A stretch of 64,000 bases of DNA. Source: Podarcis muralis (taxonomy: Eukaryota). The DNA lies in assembly GCF_964188315.1 (NCBI RefSeq), contig NC_135668.1, forward strand, positions 54,560,001 through 54,624,000. Direction: 5' to 3'. Both the position numbers and the translations under genes were made by a program. The notes below the pieces were generated by a model, which searched no databases, was not told where the DNA came from, and worked only from the letters and a program-made list of their open reading frames with translations. Below are positions 31,324-41,340 of the stretch, one piece after another (the stretch's first letter is position 1; every line of letters starts with the position of its first letter).

Positions 31324-31971
31324 TCATCTGTACTTCTCGGTCAGCACCTGGGCCACCAGGCAGAAGAACTTGTCAAAGGCCATGTAGACCAGGGCGTTGT
31401 AGTCTCCGCGGAGGCTGGAAGCCAGTGTCACGTGGAGGCACCTGGTCAGAAACTGCAAAGGAGAGAGAGAGAGAGAGAGAGACGGGGGTCAGGAGGGGGG
31501 GTCGGTCAGGTGGGGGAGGGTCGAGGGAAGACCCAAGGCGCGCCCCTCCTGGCCCTCGTCCGCCCCGTCGGCGCGCTTGCCTTGAAGTTGACGGGGTCCA
31601 CGCGGAGGTTGTAGGCGTGCAGGTCGCTGAGGTCGGACAGGCAGGCGCGGATGTTGTCGATGTTCTTGATGGCGCTGTCGAGGGCCTTGATGATCTTCTG
31701 GCCTTGGTGGTGAATGTCGTTGGAGCCGGGGCACAGGTCGTAGTGCGGGAAGTAGATCTTGGACTGCATGTAGACCTGGAAAAGCCTGCGGGGAGGGAAG
31801 GGGGCCGTCAGGAAAAGGGACGGGGCGGGAGGAACCAGACTGGGCTTCTCTCCCTTGGCCGCCCCCTCGAGCCTACCTGGTCAGCGCTTCGCCGCCCATA
31901 TCCTCGTGCTCGGGGGCCAGTTTGGCCCAGCAGCTCTTGATCACCTTGCACTCGTCAGCAGTCAGCCCCAT
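31324..31971 (-). CDS. HBAD: Hemoglobin alphaD-type chain (142 aa including Met), 3 exons
   Basis: Exons 31971-31877 (95 nt), 31785-31581 (205 nt) and 31452-31324 (129 nt) have the canonical alpha-globin sizes. Protein: MGLTADECKVIKSCWAKLAPEHEDMGGEALTRLFQVYMQSKIYFPHYDLCPGSNDIHHQGQKIIKALDSAIKNIDNIRACLSDLSDLHAYNLRVDPVNFKFLTRCLHVTLASSLRGDYNALVYMAFDKFFCLVAQVLTEKYR. LHAYNLRVDPVNFK, terminal EKYR and the GC donor of intron 2 point to alphaD. Confidence 0.93.
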
Positions 31972-32039
31972 CTTGGCAGCAGGCAGCAGGTCGAGTTACT
32001 CTGTAAGTTCCAGGAGGTAGCGGAGCAGGGAGTCCTGCA

Positions 32040-32110
32040 GGGGCCGCCGCTTTTATAGCCTCCGCCCGCCCCTTCGAGCCGAGGCTGCAGCCGCCGCCCT
32101 CTTATCGCGC
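32040..32110 (-). promoter_or_regulatory. HBAD: Globin proximal promoter (TATA, GC boxes, GATA-like site)
   Basis: TATAAAA on - at 32051-32057, GGGGCGGGCGG just upstream, and GATAAG on - at 32101-32106. Confidence 0.75.
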
Positions 32111-32382
32111 AGAGCCGGGTTGCGGGAGAGGTCGCCTGCGCTCGGGCGGAGAGCTAAACTCTCCCCATGCGCTCCTGGAGGGGCTCCGGGCTCTGGCTGC
32201 TCCGGGAGGGAGGGGTGCTTACCCTTTTACCACGACACTCCGTTCCAAAGAGCCCCCTCCCTCCAGGCTGCCCCCTACACTCCCCCTTCCGAAACCATCT
32301 GGGACATGCAATGACACATGTGATGGCTTATTTTTGTAAAAGAATGTATTTTATCGTTTCCCCCCCACATATAGTGGACATA

Positions 32383-32824
32383 TGGAAGTGAGAGCTGGAA
32401 GTGAGTATGGAAGTGACAGCTGGACCATACAGAAGGCTGATCACCGAAGAATTGATGCTTTTGAATTCTGGTGCTGGAGGAGACTCTTGAAAGTCCCATG
32501 GACTGCAAGAAGATCAAACCTCTCCACTCTTAAGCAAATCAGCCCAGAGTGCTCACTGGAAGGACAGATCCTGAAGCTGAGGCTCCAATACTTTGGCCAC
32601 CTCATGAGAAGAGAAGACTCCCTGGAAAAGACCCTGATGTTGGGAAAGATGGAGGGCACAAGGAGAAGGGGATGACAGAGGACGAGATGGTGGGACAGTG
32701 TTCTTGAAGCTACAAACATGAGTCTGACCAATCTGTGGGTGGCAGTGGAAGACAGGAGTGCCTGGCGTGCTCTGGTCCAGGGGGTCACAAAGAGGCGGAC
32801 ACTACTAAACGACAACAACAACAA
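32383..32824 (+). mobile_element. RTE-BovB LINE 3' fragment
   Basis: Encodes SWTIQKADHRRIDAFEFWCWRRLLKVPW, has a (CAA)n tail and 12-bp TSD ATAGTGGACATA (32371-32382, 32825-32836). Confidence 0.93.
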
Positions 32825-33160
32825 ATAGTGGACATAATTTTAAGCATACCATAGGCAGCAAAAGCTAGTCTGTCATTTCTAGGGAAAAGGTGTAACAGCA
32901 GCTTAAAGTTGGAAGCATTGCTTAGAACCAGTTTCTAATGCCTATCTAAGTCTCTAGTCCAATGCGTCTCTCCAGATGTTTTGGTCAGTCTGGGGAACTT
33001 GTCTCAGCTGATGGTCCCATCTCATGTGAGGGATAGATGCCAAGTGTTTGGTATGGATGTGTTTTGATAATCAAGCTGTAAATTAAATGAAATAATTTAA
33101 TTAAACCTCAAAAACTGTCTTCAAACCTCCTGACTCGACCTCACATGGCCTGGTCTAGAG

Positions 33161-33296
33161 CAGGCTTCCTCAACCTCGGCCCTCCAGATGTTTTGAGACT
33201 ACAATGCCCATCATCCCTGACCACTGGTCCTGCTAGCTAGGGATCATGGGAGTTGTAGGCCAACAACATCTGGAGGGCCGAGTTTGAGGAAGCCTG
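33161..33296. mobile_element. hAT (Charlie-like) MITE
   Basis: TIRs CAGGCTTCCTCAA / TTGAGGAAGCCTG with 8-bp TSD GTCTAGAG / ATCTAGAG. Confidence 0.85.
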
Positions 33297-34253
33297 ATCT
33301 AGAGGGAGAGTGACTGCCTTCCTGACCCCACTGGGGCCCTCTCCCCAGTCTCCTTCATCCTTGACTTCCCTTCCCTCACTCTATCCATCTATCCATCCTA
33401 AGTCACAAACAACCACCACAACTCCCCTTGGTTTGCCAGTCGCAATGCACACCTAGGGACGGGTGCTGCAAGTGTGCAAATGATTAAGAGCTCCTTGTTT
33501 ATTTTTGCGTGGCCGAGAGGGAATCTTGCAAGCCTGAGCTTGAAGCGTAGGTTGGAAAGTCCCCCCCAAACAGCACAGAAATGCCTGGATGTTTCTTGTC
33601 CTCCAAACCTCCCTGATCCCCCTCTGCACGACCCCTTTAGACAGCAGGCCTGGGGGCAAGGAAGGGCCCTTCCTTTCCCCCCTCTAGGGCAGTCCCTTTA
33701 GGAGTCCTCATCCCCATCCATTCTGCTGCTGCTGCTGATTTCCTTCCCAGTGAAGAATTGGACTCTTTGGCCGGCAGAAAGAGCCAGAGTCGCTGGAGGC
33801 CTGAAGGAGGGAGCTGCCCCAAAAGTCCCCTCCCCTCAGCTATCTCCTCAGAGACACAGCCTGCCTTATCCTCCAGCTTGCAGGGGGTGGCCAGGCTGAT
33901 AGGAGGAGGAGGAGGAGGAGCCTGGGCTCTCAGCTCACCCCAATCTCTGCGCAGAAAGCCACCCTGGCCTCATCCTGAGGGATGCTCCTGCCTTCTCACC
34001 CAACTGGCAGGCACGGACTCTGCACTCCCTGCTGCTTTGGGTGCAGAGAGATGTCTTTTCGGGGAGGCAGCGGAGCTCTGCTTCAGGGCAGAACCCAGGA
34101 GGGCAGGATCCGTACCTCAATCTGTCCAGTGCTGCTCTGACTGCCTCTTAAGCAGACAGGAGAATACATCGCAGTGAAAGAATTAATTAAAAATCCACCC
34201 AAGTCCATTTTTGCTGACTGTGCATTGCAGTTCCTTGTTTTTCTGGCCACACT

Positions 34254-34259
<6 letters not shown>

Positions 34260-34289
<30 letters not shown>

Positions 34290-34810
34290 TTATTTATTAT
34301 TTATACCCCGTCCACCTGGCTGGGTTTCCCCAGCCCCTCTGGGTGGCTTCCAACAGAATATTAAAATACAATAACCTATTAAACATTAAAAGCTTCCCTA
34401 AACAGGGCTGCCTTCAGATGTCTTCTAAAAGTCTGGTACAGTGGTACCTCGGGTTACATACGCTTCAGTTACAGATTCCGCTAACCCAGAAATATTACCT
34501 CGGGTTAAGAACTTTGCTTCAGGATGAGAACATAAACCGCATGCCGGTGGCACAGCGGCAGCGGGAGGCCCCATTAGCTAAAGTGGTGCTTCAGGTTAAG
34601 AACAGACCTCCGGAACGAATTAAGTTCTTAACCTGAGGTACCACTGTAGTTGTTTTTCTCTTTGACATCTGGTGGGAGGGTGTTCTACAGGGCGGGTGCC
34701 ACCACCGAGAAGGCCCTCTGCCTGGTTCCCTGTAACTTGGCTTCTCGCAGCGAGGGAACCGCCAGAAGGCCCTCGGCGCTGGACCTCAGTGTCCGGGCAG
34801 AATGAGTCCC
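34260..34810 (-). mobile_element. L2 LINE 3' fragment interrupted by a MITE
   Basis: Encodes HSARTLRSSAEGLLAVPSLREAKLQGTRQRAFSVVAPAL and has a (TAA)n tail. Confidence 0.8.
34439..34646. mobile_element. Tigger/pogo-like MITE nested in L2
   Basis: TIRs CAGTGGTACCTCGGGTTA / TAACCTGAGGTACCACTG with TA duplicated. The empty site gtctggTAgttg is seen in the L2 copy at about 4440. Confidence 0.9.
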
Positions 34811-35439
34811 AGACCTCTCTGAGGATCTCAGAGGGGAATTTCTCTTCTGGGGGGGGGGGCTCTGCAGTTGGGGATTCTCTCCCTCCCTCACACCCCTTAA
34901 CACTTGCATAAGAATCACTGCTCCCTCCTGCAAACTGACTTCTCCCTTCATTACAATATTCCAGTTTCTTTAGCCTGGGGAGCTGAGCTTGGGCAGCCTC
35001 CTCACACCCCCCTTGGGACCTCTTGAGCTGATACTTTCAAGGATAACTTCCCAGACCTGGCTTGCTGATGGGGCCCTTATTCCTGAGCCAGAAGATGACA
35101 TTTGGGGTTCAGAGCAAGCAGGCAGAGCCCAGGGGCAGAGTGAGTCCCCTGCCAGGGCCAGGAGGTGGAGCAGGGGAATATATGAGGTGTCCCTCTGTCC
35201 AGAGTGGAGACAAACACTGCAGGTGTCAAGATGGACCCCGCCTCTTCCAGTGTCCTGTTCTCAAAGAGGCAATCAAAGGCTTCAGGGGGAAGCTTACAAG
35301 CAGGACCTGAATACCAGACTCTCTGCTCTTATGATTCTCAGCAACTGGAATAATTATTATCATGGGAATTGGGGTTGCTTGTGTGTAACCTCCGCCTGCT
35401 CCAAACTGCTGGATGCGGTTGCTTCCCCCCCCCCCCCCG

Positions 35440-35800
35440 GCTGAGCAGCTCCCCTTGGGCACGACTGCTTCAGTCGATGGCAGAATCCGTCAGTGGGCGT
35501 TTCCTAAACTTCCTCCAGCATAAAAATTCCTTGACGGACCGCCTTCTTCTCGCCTCTCTGCGCGGCAGCCTTCTGCGCAGAGTGGGCGTGCCTATCGGTG
35601 GTCCTCCACTCTCCTCACTGACTTCGCTAGAAGAGTCTCGGAGCCTCCCCTCCGAAAGGCTCTCAATGCCTTCTTTCTTCCTTGTGTCCCCTTGCCTTTC
35701 TTCCCCAGCGGAAGTGCTCTCTACCCCTGTGCTGGTTCCCTCTCCAGCAGCATTGGGGAGCCTAGGCTCTCCACTCTGTTCCGATGTCAGTTTCCTGACA
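35440..35800 (-). mobile_element. Partial LTR-like element related in organisation to 55219-55975
   Basis: The minus strand begins TGTCAG and carries an acidic/Ser-rich then basic ORF (35470-35808). Confidence 0.5.
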
Positions 35801-35812
35801 ATTATCATTATT

Positions 35813-36253
35813 CATTTTTCCAGTAATGATGTATGGAAGTGAGAGCTGGACCATAAAGAAGGCTGGTCGCCAAATAATGGATGCTTTTAAATTGTGGTGC
35901 TGGAGGAGACTCTTGAGAGTCCCATGGACTGCGAGAAGATCAAACCTCTCCATTCTGAAGGAAATCAGCCCTGAGTGCTCCCTGGAAGGACAGATCCTGA
36001 AGCTGAGGCTCCAATACTTTGGCCACCTCATGAGAAGAGAAGACTCCCTGGAAAAGACCCTGATGTTGGGAAAGATGGAGGGCACAAGGAGAAGGGGACG
36101 GCAGAGGACGAGTTGGTTGGACAGTGTTCTTGAAGCTACAAACATGAGTCTGACCAAACTGCGGGAGGCAGTGGAAGACAGAAGTGCCTGGCGTGCTCTG
36201 GTCCAGGGAGTCATGAAGAGGCGGACACGACTAAACGACTAAACAACAACAAC
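35813..36253 (+). mobile_element. RTE-BovB LINE 3' fragment
   Basis: Encodes MYGSESWTIKKAG...CWRRLLRVPW, has a (CAA)n tail and 9-bp TSD ATCATTATT (35804-35812, 36254-36262). Confidence 0.92.
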
Positions 36254-36399
36254 ATCATTATTAAATAAATGTCATGCTCCCCCCCCTTTTTAAACCAAGT
36301 TACTTCCAATATATGAACGATCACTTACAGTGAAACCTGCATGAAGCGGGGGGGGGGGGGGGGAAGGGGGAGGCATCTGAAACAGAGTTTTTAAAATTC

Positions 36400-36548
36400 A
36401 GGTAGGTAGCCGTGTTGCTTTGATGCAGTAGAAATATATTTTTTTAAAAATAAAAAATTGCCCAGTAGCACCTTAGAGACCAACTAAGTTTGTTCTTGGT
36501 ATGAGCTTTCGTGTGCATGCATCTTCTTATCTGAAGAAGTGTGCATAC
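36400..36548. mobile_element. Penelope-like terminal fragment (third copy)
   Basis: caggtaggtagccgtgttg...ccagtagcaccttagagaccaactaag...gagctttcgtgtgcatgc...ctgaagaagtgtgcat. Confidence 0.65.
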
Positions 36549-37625
36549 TTTTATTAATTAAGCTGATTTTATGTTGCATTTTGTGTGTATTCACGATGTC
36601 ATTTGTAGACCCAGTAGGTGGCGCTGTGGTGCTTGAAGGTATTTTGACAGTAGCTGCCCTCCCTTCCCCACAGGTGGGCGGGGCTTGCGGCACCGAGCGG
36701 GGCTCACCTGGGCAGGTGCCACCCACCTGCTTGGGCCGACCTTTGACCCGCCCTCGGCCAGGGGTGGGCCTAAGGCCAAAAGAAAAGAGTCTGACTCCAT
36801 TGCCCAAGCCTCTTTTGCTGTTCTTCCTTCCAGTTTGTGAAGGGCAGAATATTGACAGATCAAGTATACGCCAATGGAAAGTAACACAGAATATAAAATC
36901 TTTGGCTACATTCTTCCAGTTACATTTTTCTATTCCAGTTACATTTTCTAGTGTAAGAAAACACTTTTTAGAAAGATAAAAAAGGCGATACATTTGATAA
37001 GTCAACAGTTGCATTCCTCAGCTACATTCTTTGGTGGCATTACAGCGATACAGAAGTAAAAGATACAGGTAAAAATATACATTCTTTTGTTAGCATAGAA
37101 ATACGTAACACTGAGAGGTTAATTTATTAAGTCCCCTCTCTGATCATGGTTTCTCTTGTGACTCTACACAACACAAAGCACAGTTGCTGTGTGGAGGTTT
37201 TATTTTATTTGTTTTTTTATCTTATATTTTGTAAATGTACATCCAGTTTTTTCCCTTTAATTTTTTGGGGGGCCCCCAAGAGAGTGGGGCCCCAAGTTAT
37301 AGCTTCTTTAGCTTATACGTAAATCCGGCACTGCCTGTATCTTCTTGCATGCCGCTTTGAAATGTTCTATGTATGATGATGACATGGTCTGTAATTACTG
37401 TAAATAATAGAGACTGCAGTTTACCATTTTATTCCTCGTGTGTGTGCATGCAATCTGTCCATTGGACCCACCACAGTGGTTTTTAATCTAGGAAAGTCCC
37501 TCTCACAATAAATCAATTAACCTTAAAAGTACTCTTCCATAGTTTTATTTTCAGGATCGATCCCTTTTCCCAATATAGCTTTAACTTGCGTGTGTGTAGT
37601 TTTACTGCTAGGTATGGGCTGGGGT

Positions 37626-37988
37626 GGGATGTGGGTGGCGCTGTGGGTAAAAGCCTCAGTGCCTAGGGCTTGCCGATCGAAAGGTCGGCAGTTCGAATCC
37701 CCGTGGCGGGGTGCGCTCCCGTCGTTCAGTCCCAGCACCTGCCAACCTAGCAGTTCGAAAGCACCCCCGGGTGCAAGTAGATAAATAGGGACTGCTTACT
37801 AGCGGGAAGGTAAACGGTGTTTCTGTGTGCAGCTCTGGCTCGCCAGATGCAGCTTGTCACGCTGGCCACGTGACCTGGAAATGTCTGTGGACAGCGCTGG
37901 CTCCCGGCCTATAGAGTGAGATGAGCGCACAACCCTAGAGTCTGGCAAGACTGGCCCGTATGGGCAGGGGTACCTTTACCTTTACCTT
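37626..37988 (+). mobile_element. Sauria-type SINE, full length
   Basis: tRNA-like head (GGTGGCGCTGTGG...GTTCGAATCCC), (ACCTTT)n tail and 13-bp TSD TATGGGCTGGGGT (37613-37625, 37989-38001). Confidence 0.9.
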
Positions 37989-38109
37989 TATGGGCTGGGG
38001 TACCATGGAGACAGGCACCATAGCAACACTTGCAGCAAAACCAAACCAAACTTTTACTGGGATGGGGGCAGAAAGAAGTTCCAGCACCAAGAAACTGCTG
38101 CAGATGTTA

Positions 38110-38240
38110 TACATAGAATCACAGAACTGCAGAGTTGGAAGGGACCCCAAGGATCATCTAGTCCCACCCCTGCAATTCAGGACACCTTTGCCCAACATGG
38201 GACTTGAACCCACAACTCTGAGATTAAGAGTTTCATGCTC
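38110..38240 (-). mobile_element. CR1 3'-tail-derived short repeat
   Basis: catagaatcacagaactgcagagttggaagggacccc...; similar tails lie at about 12960, 13495, 14860, 40895, 48460 and 48600. Confidence 0.6.
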
Positions 38241-38319
38241 TCTGCCCATAAAGGGGGAATAGTTTACATCCAGCCTTACCCTTTCAGTTTCACAAGAAAT
38301 CCTTGATAGCTTTACCATC

Positions 38320-39060
38320 ATTGCATACATGGATTATATAGTTTTTATTAAATTTTTCTAATTTGCATTTCAAGATACTGACAGCCTTAAATCAATGACT
38401 TCCCTTCTTCTCTTTCAGTTGTTCATTTTGCATACCATACATCCCTGCATATTTTGCATGAACTAAACCATTCAGTAATCCATTGCTACACCATCAGAGT
38501 TTATTTAGTGTTGAATTTAATGCTACCAGTGTTTTTAAAGGTACACAATTTTCACCCAAATAATCAGTAAACATTTTCCAGTCTTCTTTAAACGTATGTT
38601 CTACTATCTACTTGTTCTCTTATTCTGTATGTTAAATCTGCAAGCTGCACGTATTCCATCAGTTTAAGTTGCCATTCTTCTTTGGCTGGGACATTGCTCG
38701 TTTTCCATTTGGGGGCTAACAAAACACGGGCCGCAGTTGGGCATACATAAATAACCTTTCTTTGACACCTGGAAATTTCCCTCTGAATTATCCCCAACAG
38801 AACAGAACTCTGTTTTTGGGGGGGAAAGGTACTTTAAAACATTTTTTTTTCAGTTCATGATATATCATTTCCCAATACCCTTTTACCCTTTTACAAGTCT
38901 ACTACATACAATAAAACGTGCCCTCTAACTCATCACATCTCTAGCACTTGTCTGATTCGGACTTATACATTTTTGCAAGTCGGCTTGGGGTTAGATACCA
39001 TCTATAAATCATTTTCAGATAGCTCAAAGGAGAACCTTGGAAGGTTTGGTTCACAATCTA
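38320..39060 (-). mobile_element. L1-clade LINE ORF2 3' fragment
   Basis: TAARVLLAPKWKTSNVPAKEEWQLKLMEY, typical of the reptile L1 ORF2 C-terminus; T-rich tail on +. Confidence 0.7.
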
Positions 39061-39832
39061 GTGCCTGGATGGAATAATTGAATTGAGAAGTGGCTCTGAC
39101 ATTCTGTACTAAAACTCAAACTTTTCCATTCATCACATTGTGCCCAATTGATTGTGTGCGTGTCACATTATGCCTGCTTGCCTGCTTTTTGGCCTCTAGG
39201 GAGATCAGCCGACACAGTCAGGCTTCACCTCTGCAGTTGAGATCTAGAAACCTGGGGCGTTCTCCAACGAAGCAGTTCTGCTAGCCCTAGGACTTTTGAC
39301 AGCGCAGTGGAACTTCCCTTCCCCGCTTCCTCCACTGGACGGTGCAGGGAGAGGAAGTTCTGTTGTGCAAGCAGAAATCCTTGCGCCAGCAGCCTTGAGT
39401 CCAAAGCGGTCAGGAGATGTTGCTGAGCCCTGCGTTGCACGGCGCTGTCACAGCCGTTCAGTCTCTGGGCATAACACTCTCTTTGGAACTGTGCCAATAC
39501 CAACAAATATTTTTCCTCCCTGAAGTGCACAGGAGAGGCGAGGTCACGCCTGGGTGTTGCAGAGACTTGCACCACAGCTGCTCGTTACAAAGTGCAAGTC
39601 AGAGGCGAGGATCGTGGGGCGCAGCCTCCACGGTCCTTGGTCCTTCCTTAATAAAATGTTGCAAGCGTGGGGACAAAACTGCTGCACAAAAGCTTCCAGT
39701 CTGCTAATGGCATGTTTTTGCTATGCGCCATCTTAATTGGAATTCTAACGTCTCATATATATAAATCCTATGCTCATAAATTTACAGGGCAAACATATAC
39801 ATAAGTATACAAACCACGTGTCTGAAATAGTA

Positions 39833-40195
39833 AAGGTAAAGGTAAAGGTACCCCTGCCCGTACGGGCCAGTCTTGCCAGACTCTAGGGTTGTGCGCTCAT
39901 CTCACTCTATAGGCCGGGAGCCAGTGCTGTCCGCAGACACTTCCGGGTCACGTGGCCAGCGTGACATTGCTGCTCTGGCGAGCCAGAGCCGCACACGGAA
40001 ACACCGTTTACCTTCCCGCCAGTAAGCGGTCCCTATTTATCTACTTGCACCCGGGGGTGCTTTCGAACTGCTAGGTTGGCAGGCGCTGGGACCGAACGAC
40101 AGGAGCGCACCCCGCCGCAGGGATTCGAACCGCCGACCTTTCGATCGGCAAGTCCTAGGTGCTGAGGCTTTAACCCACAGCGCCACCTGCGTCCC
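39833..40195 (-). mobile_element. Sauria-type SINE, full length
   Basis: Near-identical reverse complement of the 37.6 kb copy, with 13-bp TSD GTCTGAAATAGTA (39820-39832, 40196-40208). Confidence 0.9.
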
Positions 40196-40309
40196 GTCTG
40201 AAATAGTACAGGAGAGCAACCCTGAAGCCATTTTGACTCTTCCAGTGGCCTCAAATATTCTCTGCAATGAGGAAGGAAATGGGGAAAACTCCCCATGGTC
40301 TCTTTGCTC

Positions 40310-40759
40310 ACAACTCCTGCCTTAAGGGCGTATTTGTGTATGAATAGAGTGAGCCTGTGACCTGGATTCAGGAACTGTGTATTTAGCATCGCAAAAGGAA
40401 TGGCCAGGCTGCCCAGGTAAAGCAATCAGTGACCATGGTCAGGTATCCTGACAGACAGGTTTTCTGCTGTAGACCGCCCCCCCCCCCATGTATTTCTCCT
40501 GGGGACCACCTCTTTCTGTAATGTATGTAAGATGTTCACACCATTGTTTTGGGTTCCTCTCCTCCCTCCCTGAGTGGGGTGAGCGCGGGACCCTGTTGCA
40601 ACAGTTTAATAAAGATCAGGCTTACTAGCTGCTTTGCTTCTCAATATTCTCTGCTTGGCCTCTGTTGTTTTCTCCTATCGATAGGGAACCCACTTAAGGA
40701 CTCTATATGGGCTCATGGATACCCCATATGGGATATAGGAGCAATTTTGTCTTATAACA
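40310..40759 (+). mobile_element. Possible ERV-type LTR fragment
   Basis: AATAAA at 40608-40613 followed by a U5-like stretch ending ...TTATAACA; the 5' TG end was not found. Confidence 0.35.
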
Positions 40760-41340
40760 CTCCACCTGAACAAATGCCTCCTGGCTTGCTACCAGACTTC
40801 TCCCCTGAGAAGAGGCAGTGGCAGCGTAACAGCCTGAGCAACCTGAACAACATTTTGTTTCCTCCCTTCCAGAAACTCAACTGTGTGAACTGAGTTTCCT
40901 GCATTGCAGGGGGTTGGGCTAGATGACCACTGGAGATCCCTTCCACCTCTACAATTCTGACTTTCTGAAGCGTGTTATGACGACCACGGGATCGCCCTGC
41001 CCAACGGCACGAGGATGAGTGGTTTTTAAACCCAACTAATCTCCATGTTCACCTTCCACAAAATACAGAGCACCTTGAATCGACAACAGACAAAACCATA
41101 ACAAACCTGTGGTCAGGAGTCGAGGAAATACAGGAAGAGATGTGGCTAGGCTGTCGGAATGACAGCTTGCACCCGTATGATCCTGATCAGCTCCAGACGC
41201 CCTGTGTGTCTGCTCACTCCTGGTAAGTTCAAGCAGGTTGGCGAGCGCAAAAGACGGTACCTTCTTATTACTGGCCCCAGGGTTGTGGAAAACCCATACA
41301 GCTGGGCTACGCATGACCCCTGCAGTGCAGGCCACCTTTG

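Noticed and set aside
30969-31940. 323-aa plus-strand ORF overlapping the globin
   Set aside because: The antisense shadow of GC-rich globin codons; no independent evidence.
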